In this document: positions 11,930 through 23,768 of the stretch, piece after piece
Layout of the letters: every line of letters starts with the position of its first letter
Numbering within the stretch: position 1 is the first letter of the stretch
NCBI RefSeq assembly: GCF_963921235.1
Contig: NC_086097.1
Span: 121,396,001-121,460,000 of the forward strand
DNA from: Mobula hypostoma
Lineage: Eukaryota
Length of the DNA: 64,000 nt
Reading direction: 5' to 3'
Program-made: the position numbers and the translations under genes
Notes under the pieces: model-generated
What the model was told of the DNA's origin: nothing
The model's database searches: none
The model's input: only the letters and a program-made list of their open reading frames with translations

Positions 11930-14900
11930 GTAGTTGTAGGAATGCAATGAGATGTAGGATAAATGCGTGGCTGAGAGATTGGAGCAAGGGGCAGGGATTC
12001 GGGTCTTTGGATCATTGGGACCACTATTGGCGCAGGTGTGACTTGTACAAAGGGGACGATTTGCACTTGAATCATAGGGGGACCAATATCCTGGCAGGGA
12101 GATTTGCGAGGGCGACTGAGGTGTCTTTAAACTAGAATGGTTGGGGGGAGGGAATCAAATTAAGGAGACTAGGAGAGGGGAGGTTGATGTAGGGGAAAAA
12201 GAATAGTCATAGTCATAGTCATGCCTTATTGATCCCGGGGGAAATTGGTTTTCATTACAGTTGCACCATAAATAATTAAATAGTAATAAAACCATAAATA
12301 ATTAAATAGTAATATGCAAATTATGCCAGGAAATAAGTCCCGGACCAGCCTATTGGCTCAAGGTGTCTGACCTTCCAAGGGAGGAGTTGTAAAGTTTGAT
12401 GGCCACAGGCAGGAATGACTTCCTGTGACGCTCTGTGTTGCATCTCGGTGGAATGAGTCTCTGGCTGAATGTACTCCTGTGCCCAACCAGTACATTATGT
12501 AGCGGATGGGAGGCATTGTCCAAGATGGCATGCAACTTGGACAGCATCCTCTTTTCAGACACCACCGTCAGAGAGTCCAGTTCCATCCCCACAACATCAC
12601 TGGCCTTATGAATGAGTTTGTTGATTCTGTTGGTGTCTGCTACCCTCAGCCTGCTGCCCCAGCACGCAACAGCAAACATGATCGCACTGGCCACCACAGA
12701 CTCGTAGAACATCCTCAGCATCGTCCGACAGATGTTAAAGGACCTCAGTCTCCTCAGGAAATAGAGACGGCTCTGACCCTTCTTGTAGACAGCCTCAGTG
12801 TTCTTTGACCAGTCCAGTTTATTGTCAATTCGTATCCCCAGGTATTTGTAATCCTCCACCATGTCCACACTGACCCCCTGGATGGAAACAGGGGTCACCG
12901 GTGCCTTAGCTCTCCTCAGGTCTACCACCAGCTCCTTAGTCTTTTTCACATTAAGTTGCAGATAATTCTGCTCACACCATGTGACAAAGTTTCCTGCCGT
13001 AGCCCTGTACTTAGCCTCATCTCCCGTGCTGATGAATCCAACTATGGTAGAGTCATCAGAAAACTTCTGAAGATGACAAGATTCTGTGAAGTAGTTGAAG
13101 TCTGAGGTGAAAATGGTGAAGAGAAAGGGAGACAAGACAGTCCCCTGTGGAGCCCCAGTGCTGCTGATCACTCTGTCGGACACACAGTGTTGCAAGCACA
13201 CGTACTGTGGTCTGCCAGTCAGGTAATCAAGAATCCATGACACCAGGAAAGCATCCACCTGCATCGCTGTCAGCTTCTCCCCCAGCAGAGCAGAAGAAGA
13301 AGATAACAAAGTTGTTTGCTCAATTAAGGATAAACAGAGAGTGGGAGGAGGAGACTTTCTTAAATGCATCTATTTTAATGCTAGGAGCATTGTAAGAAAG
13401 GTGGATGAGCTTAGAGCATGGATTGATACCTGGAAATATGAAGTTGTAGCAATTAGTGAAATGTGGTTGCAGGGGGGTGTGATTGGCAACTAAATATTCC
13501 AGGATTTCGTCGCTTCAGGTGTGATAGAATAGGAGGGGCAAGAGGGGAAGGTGTTGCATTGTTTGTCAGAGATTATATAACAGCAGTGCTCTGGCAGGAT
13601 AGATTAGTGGACTCGTCTATGGAGGCTATTTGGGTGGAATTGAGGAATAGGAAAGGTGTTGTGACGCTTATAGGGGTGTATTATAGACCATCTAATGGGG
13701 ACCGAGAACTGGAGGAGCAAATTTGTAAGGAGATAGCAGATCTTTGTAGTAAGCACAAGGTTGTGATTGTGTGAGATTTTAATTTTCCACACATAGACTG
13801 GGAAGCCCATTCTGTAAAAGGGCTGGATGGTTTGGAGTTTGTAAAATGTGTGCAGGATAGCTTTTTGAAGCAATACATAGAGGTACCAACTAGAGAAGGG
13901 TCAGTGTTGGATCTTCTGTTAGGGAATGAAATAGGTCAGGTGACGGAGGTATTTGTTGGGGAGCACTTCGGGTCCAGTGATCACAATACCATTAGTTCAA
14001 TATAATTATGGAGAAGGATAGGACTGGACCCAGGGTTGAGATTTTTGATTGGAGAAAGGCTAACTCTGAGGAGATGCGAAAGGATTTAGAAGGAGTGGAT
14101 TGGGACAATTTGTTTTATGGGAAGGATGTAATAGAAAAATGGAGGTCATCTAACGGTGAAATTTTGAGGGTTCAGAATCTTTATGTTCCTGTTAGGTTGA
14201 AAGGAAAGGTTAAAAGTTTGAGAGAGCCATGGTTTTCAAGAGATATTAGAAACTTGGTTCAGAAAAAGAGAGGGATCTTCAATAAGTATAGGCAACTTGG
14301 AGTTAATGAGGTACTCAAGGAATATAAAAAATGTAAAAAGAATCTTAAGAAAGAAATTAGAAAAGCTGAAAGAAGATACCAGGCTGCTTTGGCAAGTAAA
14401 GTAAAAATAAATCCAAAGGGTTTCTACAGTTATGTTAGTGGCAAAAGGATAGTGAGGGATAAAATTGGTCCCTTGGAGAATCAGAGTGGACGGCTATGTG
14501 CGGAGTCAATAGAGATGGGGGAGATTTTGAACAATTTCTTTTCTTCGGTATTCAGTAAGGAGAAGGATATTGAATTGTGTAAGGTAAAGGAAGTAAGTAG
14601 GGTAGTTATGGAAAGTATGACAATTACTACAATGACAATTAAAGAATTAAATTAATTAAAGAAATTAATTATATAGGTATTATGTATTATGTAATTAATT
14701 ATGTATTGATTAATTAATTAATTAAACAAACATTTTCAACTTTGTGACCTCCATTTCTGTTACATCCTTTCCATAAAACAAATTTTCCCAATCTAAAAAT
14801 TATATATAATTTTCTGGATAGAGAGGGTCTGATTAGGAACAGTCAACATGGATTTGTGCGTGGAAGGTAATGTTTGACAAATCTTATTGAATTTTTTGAT

Positions 14901-16126
14901 GAGGTTACTAAGAAAGTTGACGAGGGTAAAACGGTGGATGTTGTCTATATGGACTTCAGTAAGGGCTTTGACAAGGTTCCACACAGAAGGTTAGTTAGGA
15001 AGGTTCAATCATTAGGTATTAATATGGAAGTAGTAAAATGGATTCAGCACTGGCTAGATGGGAGACGCCAGAGAGTAGTGGTGGATAATTGTGTATCAGA
15101 TTGGAGGACCGTATGTAGCAGTGTGCCTCAGGGATCTGTACTGGGTCCAATATTGCTTGTAATATATATTAATGATCTGGATGATGGGGTGGTAAATTGG
15201 ATTGCAGATGATACTAAGATAGGTGGTGTTGTGGATGATGAGGTAGGTTTTCAAAACTTGCAGAGAGATTTAAGACAGTTAGAAGACTGGGCTGAAAGAT
15301 GGCAGATGGAGTTTAATGCTGAAAAATGTGAGGTGCTACATTTTGGTAGAACTAATCAAAATAGGACATACATGGTAAATGGTAGGGCATTATAGAATGC
15401 TTTAGAACAGAGGGATCTAGGAATAATGGTGTATAGTTCCTTGAAGATGGAATTTCATGTGGATAGGGTGGTGAAGAAAGCTTTTGGTTTGCTGGCCTTT
15501 ATTAAGCAGAGCATTGAGTATAGGAGTTGGGATGTAATGTTGAATTTGTATAACGCATTGGTAAGGCCAAATCTGGAGTATTGTGTACAGTTCTGGTCAC
15601 CGAATTATAGGAAAGATATCAATAAAATTGAGAGAGTACAGAGGAGGTTTACTAAAATGTTGCCTGGGTTTCATGTCCTAAGTTACAGAGAAAGGTTGAA
15701 CAAGTTAGGTCTTTACTCTTTGGAGCGTAGAAGGTTGAGGGGAGACTTGACAGAGGTGTTTAAAATTATGAGGGGGATTGAGAGAGTTGACGTGGTTAGA
15801 CTTTTTCCATTGAGAGTGGGGAAGATTCAAACAAGAGGACATGGGTTGAGAATTAGAGGACAAAAGTTTAGGGGTAACATGAGGGGGAACTTCTTTACTT
15901 AGAGAGTGGTGGCTGTGTGGAATGAGCTTCCAGCAGAAGTGGTTGAGGCATGTTCTATGTTGTCGCTTAAAGTTAAATTGGATAGATATATGGACAGGAA
16001 AGGAATGGAGGGTTATGGGATGAGTGCAGGTCGGTGGGACTAGGATAGGGTAAGAGTTCGGCATGGACTAGAAGGGCCGAGATGGCCTGTTTCTGTGTTG
16101 TAATTGTTATATGGTTATATGGTTAT
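11930..16126 (+). mobile_element. Near full-length decayed CR1 LINE (ORF1 esterase end, APE endonuclease, RT, 3' tail)
   Basis: ORF1 end RINAWLRDW...DDLHLNHRGTNILAGRF; APE YFNARSI, GVYYRP, DFNFPHIDW, SDH; RT DFSKGFDKVPH, PQGSVLGP, ADDTK; tail (TATATGGT)n. Confidence 0.93.
12204..13292 (-). mobile_element. Young 5'-truncated Rex1-type LINE nested in CR1, open RT C-terminal frame
   Basis: ORF 12350-13369 (its first ~25 aa are read from flanking CR1): GAPQGTVLSPFLF, KFSDDS, LNVKKTKELVVD, RLYFLRRLRSF; tail (GACTAT)n. Confidence 0.92.
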
Positions 16127-16649
16127 AAGAGGACACTCCTCTTGACATATGCTCCTTGAGTCTCCCTATTATGGTAGAGTTGATGCAAATGGAAACCAGA
16201 AAAGATCCTGTGCTGTCTCATGTCTACACGGCAAAAAAGTGGCTAGAACCTGCAGCAGAAATTCCAGTTTTCCCATTTTTACCTGTGCTCACACTCGGAT
16301 CCCCTCAAACCCAATCTCAGAAGAATTGTGCAGAAGAAATAACTGAGACAATTTGAGGGCTCCTCAAACAAAGAGGTTCAATGTTTCACTCCTGGACAAG
16401 CAGTCCTGGTGAGGGACTACTGAGGTGATCAAAAGTCGGCACTTGGGAAGATTAAGGACAGAACTGGACTACAGTCCTACAAAGTGGGAATTGTGTCTGA
16501 TGTGTCATCTGTAAATGACATGTCGATCAGCTGAGGAGAGCAGAGTAAATTGTTAGAGAAGAAAGATGTCCAGAGCTGTCAGAACCATTTCCTTCTGTCT
16601 CAGAGTCAATGCCTACAACCACTATGGGACAGATGCCAGAACTTCTATA

Positions 16650-17380
16650 CACCCCCCTCCCCCTTTTCCCCCCTTATCACCAAGCTCTTCCCACACCATC
16701 TACCCCTCCATTCTCCGTTTGCCTATCCCATCCCTCCAACCCCCTTTCACTATTATCCTCCACTCCTTCCACCCTCCCTTCCTTCACCCACCCTCCCCCT
16801 CCCTATTTCCCCTTCCTCTCCTCCTTAGCTGCTCCCATTCCTCTCTCTCCACATCTCTCTACTTCATCAGCCCCCCTCCATCCCTTCCCTTTCCCCCACT
16901 CCTTTCATTCTTCCTACCAAAGTCCTCTTCCTCCCTCTATCTCCTTCCCCTCCTGTTTCCACTTCTCTTCCCCTTCACTTTACCCTGTCTCTTGCCCTCA
17001 TCCTCTACTTTCCCTGCTTCTCCTCTTCGACCTTTCCTCCCTCCCCCACTTTCTCCATCCTTCCCTACCCTCCACTTTCTCCTTCATTCCCTCCCTCTTT
17101 CCTTTCTCTTTCCTTCCTTCCCTCCCCACTCTCCTTCCCTCCCTCCACTTTCTGACTCCCATTCTCCCCAGCCTTCTCCTTACCTCTCTCCCCTTCCCTC
17201 CCTCCTACTCTCCTACCTTCTCCTTCCCCTCCTTCCTACTCCCCCACTTTCTCCTTCACTCCCTCCCACACTTTCTCCTTCCCCTCCCCTTTTCTTTCTC
17301 CTCACCACTTGTTTCTCCCTCTCACCATCCTCTTCTCCACTCCTCCTCTCATTTCTCCCTTGTCTCCTCTTCTTTTTTTT
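16650..17380. repeat. ~730-bp polypyrimidine/polypurine low-complexity tract
   Basis: Overwhelmingly C/T on the + strand; abuts the 3' end of the Nimb-type LINE. Confidence 0.95.
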
Positions 17381-18029
17381 TGTGCTAATGGTGACTTGCA
17401 CCTATTAGGAAGGTGCATCACTGCCACTTACTGTAATGGGGTATGACAGGAGCCATGATGAGGATCAGATCCTGCCTCCCAAATCTGTTTTAATTGAAAA
17501 GTTCACCAAAGTCCTACATGACTTAACCATCCCTGCTTCAGGTGCCAGAATATTCTGTGGCCTAGGCACCCCAGATCTACTCAATAATTGCCTAAACAGC
17601 TTCATACATTCTAACGAATATCTGAGGCACAGCATGAACACATGTTTCACTGTCTCTGATACCTTTGAAAAGTCACACCACCTGTTCCCCTGTTTACCAA
17701 CGAGTGCCAAAGTGGAGTGCAGATCTGTATGTCCCAACCTCAATCTCACCAACCACACATCTTCCGTCCTATTCCTTCCCTCAACTGATGGTACTCAATT
17801 GTAATGCCACCTCGCTGACCCACTCCTATCCCACAAATTCTGCTATTTTCTAATCCCAGCCAACCGAATGCAAGATTTAGCTTCACATTTTCCTATATTG
17901 ACTATAATATCTACCTCTGACTTAGTAAATGCCTGATTGCTGCAACATCTGCCCATTCCACCTGATACACCCACATGTGCTGGTACCCAACAAAAATGTG
18001 CTACTATTCCCATACTCTTGAGAACATAT

Positions 18030-18324
18030 TGTTACGTACCCTGTAACTGGGTTGCCAAACCAGCAGAAATGTAACGCTCGTTGGAGTCTGTGATTACTAG
18101 GAACTAATAAAGTTTTATTAAAGAAATAAGTAATACAGTACACTAATCGCAAGGATATAAATGTAACAGGTTGGCAATGATAATACACACCTATACACAG
18201 AAATAGGGTAATAGGAATCAACCAAGCTCTATCGCAGTCTAGGGGTAAAATGATCAGTCTTAAGTGAAGCAGAGTTTAGCTCAGTTTAGTGCAGTTCGCA
18301 GTAATTGTTGTTGTTGTACCATTG

Positions 18325-18366
<42 letters not shown>

Positions 18367-18838
18367 GTTTCGGACAGACCTTTTGATGTCTTCTGATCCC
18401 GCTGTGGTCGCCGACTGTGACCCCTCCGTTCCGGATACAATCATTCTTCCGCATTGAACCTGGCACCCAGGCAAGGGCGGACACATGCCCCAGGTTCCCA
18501 CTGATCGTACCTTTACACCCTGTGAGCCTCTGACCGATTCCCGTGAACCGGTCCTCCAAACTCCCACCACCTTGTGGGGGCACACTGCTCTTTCCAGGGT
18601 CTCGTGGCGTGTTGTGCCTTAGCAAACCTGCTCTTTTTATCCCCCTGCTGGGGTATCACCTGTCCATCAAACTTCAAACAGTTCAGGTTCAAAGCAAACG
18701 GTCTGTCAATATCTGAATTGTGTTTCTTTCTCGTTAATCTCTCTCTTCTCTCTTATTAGCATTTTGAATGTCTCTCCATTGTCTTCCGTTATCTCTCTCA
18801 TTAGCATCATCCATCCGGTAGTTCTGCTTGGCGTCACA
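18030..18838 (-). mobile_element. Solo LTR inserted in the Nimb-type LINE
   Basis: TG...CA ends with imperfect inverted termini TGTTACG / CGTCACA; interrupts the RNase H region; AATAAA on the - strand near 18115; TSD not clean. Confidence 0.7.
18326..18362. repeat. (GA)n microsatellite
   Basis: About 18 GA units. Confidence 0.97.
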
Positions 18839-19719
18839 CATGACAATGTAAATTGTAGTATTCTTCCATCAATGGATCAGGTCACCATCTGTAAAGATAG
18901 GCAAAAAGGAAAAAATACTTCTGCTCTAGATGACCAGACACCCTCTCACCACCCACAAGATCCTGTCTATACCCCAGTAACAACAAATCTATTCCCATAT
19001 CTGGAAATTGCTGACCAGGCCACTGTTGGGCTAATCCACAAATCCCTAAAACCATACTCCATCATATAATTCCCTAATTATCCACCCAAAACACTCAACA
19101 ATTCTGTTTGTGTATTCCCAGAAATCAATTAGAACTGAGTATGTCAAATGGGATGTCCACCACCCTACTACGGCAGTCCAGTATGCAGGGCTCAATTTTT
19201 CTCTCCACAGAACAAGTGACATCTCAGTTGGTTAAACCCTCAGTCCATCTCTTGGTGTGATCCAGAATGCTCCACTACAGATTCTAAGTGCCTGGCCTGT
19301 AGGACATCCAACCTGTATAAAACTGAATGAGCTGTCTCCCCATAAATCATACAACCATAGTCCAGACAAGAGTTCATTAAAGCACGATAAATTGGCAACA
19401 GCACACCCCTAGAAGTCACTCTGTGGTACTCAGCAACACATCACAAAAAGCTAATGACCTGCTTCCGTTTATCCTCCAAAAACTTTGTGTGTGTTCTCTA
19501 AGTCAGTCTCACATCCAGCCATAATCCCAAATAGTCAAACACAGGAACCATAGACAGCAAGCACCCATATAGAGTAAGGTGAATATTATCCAGCCCATGT
19601 TTCCGAGTAAAAACATACATTTTGACTTAGAAATAAAATGCTTAAATCCCCAGTTCAAAAACCATTCTTCCATTGCTGATAATGCTGTTTGCACACACAT
19701 AACCACATAGGCAATCTTA

Positions 19720-19855
19720 CGCCCTGCCAAAGGGTCTCGTTCCCCGAATGTCAACTGTACTTTTTACCACAGTTGCTGCCTGGCCTGCTGAGTTCCTCCA
19801 GCATTTTGGGTGTGTTGCTTGGATTTCCAGCATCTGAAGATTTTCTCTTGTTTGT
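19720..19855 (+). mobile_element. Penelope pLTR fragment
   Basis: TGCTGCCTGGCCTGCTGAGTTCCTCCAGCATTTTG...GGATTTCCAGCATCTG, shared with the other copies. Confidence 0.85.
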
Positions 19856-21624
19856 GAGGCAACAACCCTTTTTACACAGTGCCTTATCATCAGCATATAA
19901 AGCCAATACAACCCTTGGTGCAACACCATCAAAAATATCATTAATCATTGGACTAATGACACTACCCTCGGGGGGGGGGAGGGTCCCATTATCCACCAAA
20001 AACTCTGATGTCACTTCTTCACACATCCTCACTCGAAGCACCGGTCAAACAAGAAATCCAAAACCCAGTTGTTATGCCTCCCACCAATACCAATTTAATC
20101 AAAAGCCCTTCCCTCCAGAGCACATGGCAAGCTTTTCTAGGTCCGGAAACACTGCAACTACTGATTCTTTTACTGAAAAGGTTTTCTGAATATCATTTCC
20201 CAGTAGTACAAGGGCATCAAATGTAGATCTCTCTTTATGAATTCCACACTGGTAGTGACTAAGTAATTCTTTCTTCTCCAAAACAAACAACAGCCTCATT
20301 ACAATCATTTTCTCCGTTATTTTACATAGTGAAGAGGTGAGAGCCATAGGCCTGTAGCTATTTGGCAGCATTGAATCCTTCCCAGGTTTTACAGTAGATA
20401 ACACCTGAGCCCTTTTCCAGTCCAGGAGTATTCCTTGTTTCCAGACCTTATAATAAAGCTCAAGCAACTTCTTTAGGGCTGCCTCAGCAGACGCTGGAGC
20501 TTATGATAGCTGACTATATCCTGTCCTGGGGACAAATTTCAGTTCAGCCAATGTAAAACCATTATTCATGACACTCTCAAACATGTATTTTCTCACAATC
20601 TTCCCATTCTCCTTCAAAATACTGCCATCTCTTAATATACTCATCCCCCAAATCATCCAGTCCATGTGTCTTTGCAAATATGTTTCCCAGACACCCTGCC
20701 TTTTCTTGTCCATTGTAGCCAAATTTCCATATTCTGCTAATACTGGAATCCGGTGATAACCTCTGACACCATTCATTTTCTTCAGCATTCTCCAAACCAC
20801 TGTCAGATCAGTTCCCCCTCCCCCAAACGATCTGCAAAATTCCCTCCAAGCCACCTTTTTAGCATTCATAATAACTCTCCATGCTTCTTCTGAAAGTTCA
20901 ACAAGGCTTCTTGCATTAATCTACGTTTCAAAACGTGAGAAGCCCCTCTGCGGTCTCTGATAGCCTCTGTACATTCCTGTGTCCACCAAGGGATACATTT
21001 CTTACCTGCTCTCCAAGACACCAAAGGAACGGCTTGATGGGCTGCCCCACGCAAACCAGAAATTATACTCTGATGGTCTTCTTCTCTGGTACCACCTAGA
21101 GACAATTGATCAAATGACTTCTCACACTCAACGGAAAATCTTCCCCAATTTGCCCATTTAGCACCAGAACCCAAATTCTGACTGTGAACCTTGTAGGGAT
21201 TACCCTACAATACACAGGACTGGGACATGATCACAATCAGTCGTTACAACCCAAGTGGTGCAGAGATAAGAGTCAAGTCTAGACAAGAGCACCACCTTTA
21301 CCTTTCTTTCATCATTTGAACAACTAAAATCATATTCTTCCAAAAACTCCGCTACTACTGCCCCATTAGCATTTGTAGTCTTATTGCCCCATAAGCCACT
21401 ATGTGCATTAAAATCACCATAAAAATAATCTTACCATAATAATTTCACCACCATTCTCCCCAACCCTTCCTGATCTGGATTATAAAAGTTCACAATTTTG
21501 ATCCCACTCTGTGGATCAATTCAGTTTTCCCTGGAGAAGGCAAAATTCTGTACAATAAATCCTCCTTCACAAATGTAGCACAGCCTCCTCCCACATTCTG
21601 TATGTCTATCATATCTTTATATAC

Positions 21625-22242
21625 TGTATTATTTTATATACTTTATTGTCGCCAAACAATTGATACTAGAGCGTACAATCATCACAGCGATATTTGATTC
21701 CGCGCTTCGCGCTCCCTGGAGTACAAATCGATAGTAAATATTAAAAATGTAAATTATAGATCATAAATAGAAAATAGAAAAGGGAAAGTAAGGTAGTGCA
21801 AAAAAAACCGAGAGGCAGGTCCGGATATTTGGAGGGTATGGCCCAGATCCGGGTCAGGATCCGTTCAGCAGTCTTATCACAGTTGGAAAGAAGCTATTCC
21901 CTAATCTGGTCATACGAGTCTTCAAACTCCTGAGCCTTCTCCCGGAGGGAAGAGGGACGAAAACTGTGTTGGCTGGGTGGGTCATGTCCTTGATTATCCT
22001 GGCAGCACTGCCCTGACAGCGTGCGGTGTAAAGTGAGTCCGCGGATGGAAGATTGGCTTGTGTGATGTGCTGGGCTGTGTTCACGATCTTCTGCAGCTTC
22101 TTCCGGTCTTGGACAGGACAACTTCCATACCAGGTTGTGATGCACCCTAGAAGAATGCTTTCTATGGTGCATCTATAAAAATTAGTGAGGGTTTTAGGGG
22201 ACAGGCCAAATTTCTTTAGCTTCCTCAGGAAGTAAAGGCGCT
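21625..22242 (-). mobile_element. Rex1-type LINE 3' fragment
   Basis: RLYFLRKL, PLPSGRRLRSLKTRMTRLGNSFFPTVIRLLN. Confidence 0.88.
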
Positions 22243-23109
22243 CACAACTTTATAACCCGGAATCTTTAATGATAAATGTGATCGCAACAAGCAAGTTTCT
22301 TGTACACCCAAGGAACGCCAAAACTTAAAACATACGCTTTAAATTCCTGTCTATTGGCTAACAGACTTCTCGCATTCCAACGAAGAACTGTAAATTGGTC
22401 GGAATAAGCACCCTGTGTACAATCACCTTCTACCACTAGTCCATTCCCTCTACTATCATTCTGCAAATGTTCTCACCGAAGTATTTCATGTACTTGTTCT
22501 GCAGTAATTCCCACTAAACCCAAATACTTCAATGCTGCATCCACCACGATCCCAAGTCTATCAGATTTCTTTCATACCTGTGCTATTCCATTAACCACAG
22601 CAGACAGAAATGCAAGAAAATCTATTTTTAAAGAATCAATACATCACTATTGGCTTCACCTCCACCACTACCCCCTCGGTCCATGATCAGGCTCCACCCG
22701 AATCCCGAATCCCTGTTGAAGTGTCTGTTTTTACCCAACACACAACAGATGTAGTGAAACCAAATCTTTTCACAGCTTCAACATAAGAAAAATATTATGC
22801 GCTGACTTCACCTTCTGAATTTCCCGAGCCTTTTGTAAAACAGGGCATCCTAAATAAGCAGCACTATGAGCACCCCCCAGAGTTGCAGCATCTTGCCTCA
22901 GCGCCAACCTCAGAACTCCTGTAATCATGTTCACCCCCGCATTTTGCACATCGCAATTTCCCCTCCGAGAAGCAGCAGTCTGTCCCACTCGCTAGCATTT
23001 AAAACACCGCAACGGTGGAGGGTCACGCATTCTGACTGAGTGACTATTACAGCCTAAGCAGACTTCTGAATTTCCCGCCACAGGCTTCCTTCAATCACAT
23101 CACAGGTGG

Positions 23110-23329
23110 TGTGATGCACTATCAGTTACTCCCAAAGACTGGAAGTAGAGTAAATACTGAAAGGCTTTTATTAACAGTAAAATCTATCCACGTCCATGCT
23201 GTATGTCTGTCCGGCACTGTGGGAGGCGCAGTGACACAATCGCCCTCATTCAGAGATCTGTGGGAAGTCAGGAGCAGTCAGCAGAGGGGCGTGTCCAGGC
23301 ATGTCCTGACAGGTAACCCAGTTATCACA
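23110..23329. mobile_element. 220-bp solo LTR-like element next to the promoter
   Basis: Perfect 6-bp inverted termini TGTGAT / ATCACA; TGGT at both junctions (possible 4-bp TSD); internal TTTATT. Confidence 0.6.
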
Positions 23330-23339
23330 TGGTGCAAAC

Positions 23340-23768
23340 AGCCAGACGCCGTAACTCTTACCGACCACGACTACAAGGTCCAGAACACCCTGCGATCCTA
23401 CGCATGCGCATTTCCCCACTGCGCGCCTCATCGCCGCTCCACTCGGGCCAAGCCCTCTCCTCCCCGCCCGCGCTCTCGCCCGCCGTGCCGCGCATCTGCA
23501 CTGCGTCCCAGAGAATCCTGGGAGTTTAATATATCTCGGAACAAAGTTGTGAAGTGTCATCAGCAGAGACAGTGACATTGGTAGTTGAAGCTTTTTAGCC
23601 CGAGAGTTTACAGGGAGCCACTATTTGCTATGGTGCGCTCAGTGATTGTTTTGAAGTTGACAACTCCTTTTCTTTAGATCTGGAACGGTGCTGGGAGTCG
23701 CTGCTGCACCCGGACCACAACCGGAGATGGACCGGCGCCACCGTTGAATCGCCCTGTGGGTCGTGGAC
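23340..23768. promoter_or_regulatory. CpG-rich RTTN promoter and 5'UTR, probably bidirectional
   Basis: Strongest CpG cluster outside TEs, directly 5' of the RTTN ATG; NRF1-like CGCATGCGCA 23401-23410; GC box CCCCGCCC 23462-23469; ZNF143-like TCCCAG..CTGGGA ~23506-23523; ATTGG 23577-23581; TTTGAA 23650-23655. Confidence 0.8.
23727..23747 (+). other. Upstream ORF MDRRHR*, in frame with the RTTN start
   Basis: GAG ATG GAC CGG CGC CAC CGT TGA; strong Kozak context; 42 nt upstream of the main ATG. Confidence 0.6.

Larger units (their letters stand above)
7330..16640 (+). mobile_element. Decayed Ty3/Gypsy LTR retrotransposon (gag-PR-RT-RNaseH-IN remnants) split by nested insertions
   Basis: gag 8720-9060 and 9534-9900 (QFSDGLNDTLRD, zinc-knuckle remnant CYYCGK); protease-like MELDTGSA near 10045; RT 10680-11300 (WATPMFPVAKKNG, CYLDDII); RNase H 11385-11760 (PYGIGAFMSH, AQIDRQAL); linker ETRKDPVLSHVY near 16190; colinear across the inserts. 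No 3' LTR recognised. Confidence 0.85.
17381..23030 (-). mobile_element. Decayed Nimb/I-group LINE (ORF1 zinc knuckles, APE, RT, RNase H) with nested insertions
   Basis: On the - strand: PPPLRCFKC (~23000), LRWNARSLLAN (~22380), DFNAHSGLWG (~21400), NSYRPMALTSSLCK, ALYADDKAL, IFTDG and PAHVG (RNase H), RLRLGHT...ETVKHVFMLC; 3' end AAGTGGCAGTGATGCACC then an A/GA tail. Confidence 0.85.

Noticed and set aside
16550-17408. ORFs of 280 and 259 aa rich in Pro/Ser/Leu/Phe
   Set aside because: Artefact of a C/T-only tract that lacks stop codons.
1-23100. SOCS6 or another neighbouring coding gene
   Set aside because: No SH2/SOCS-box or other recognisable host coding sequence was seen.
23111-23578. 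154-aa (+) and 110-aa (-) ORFs over the promoter
   Set aside because: They span an LTR-like element and GC-rich promoter; no recognisable protein.
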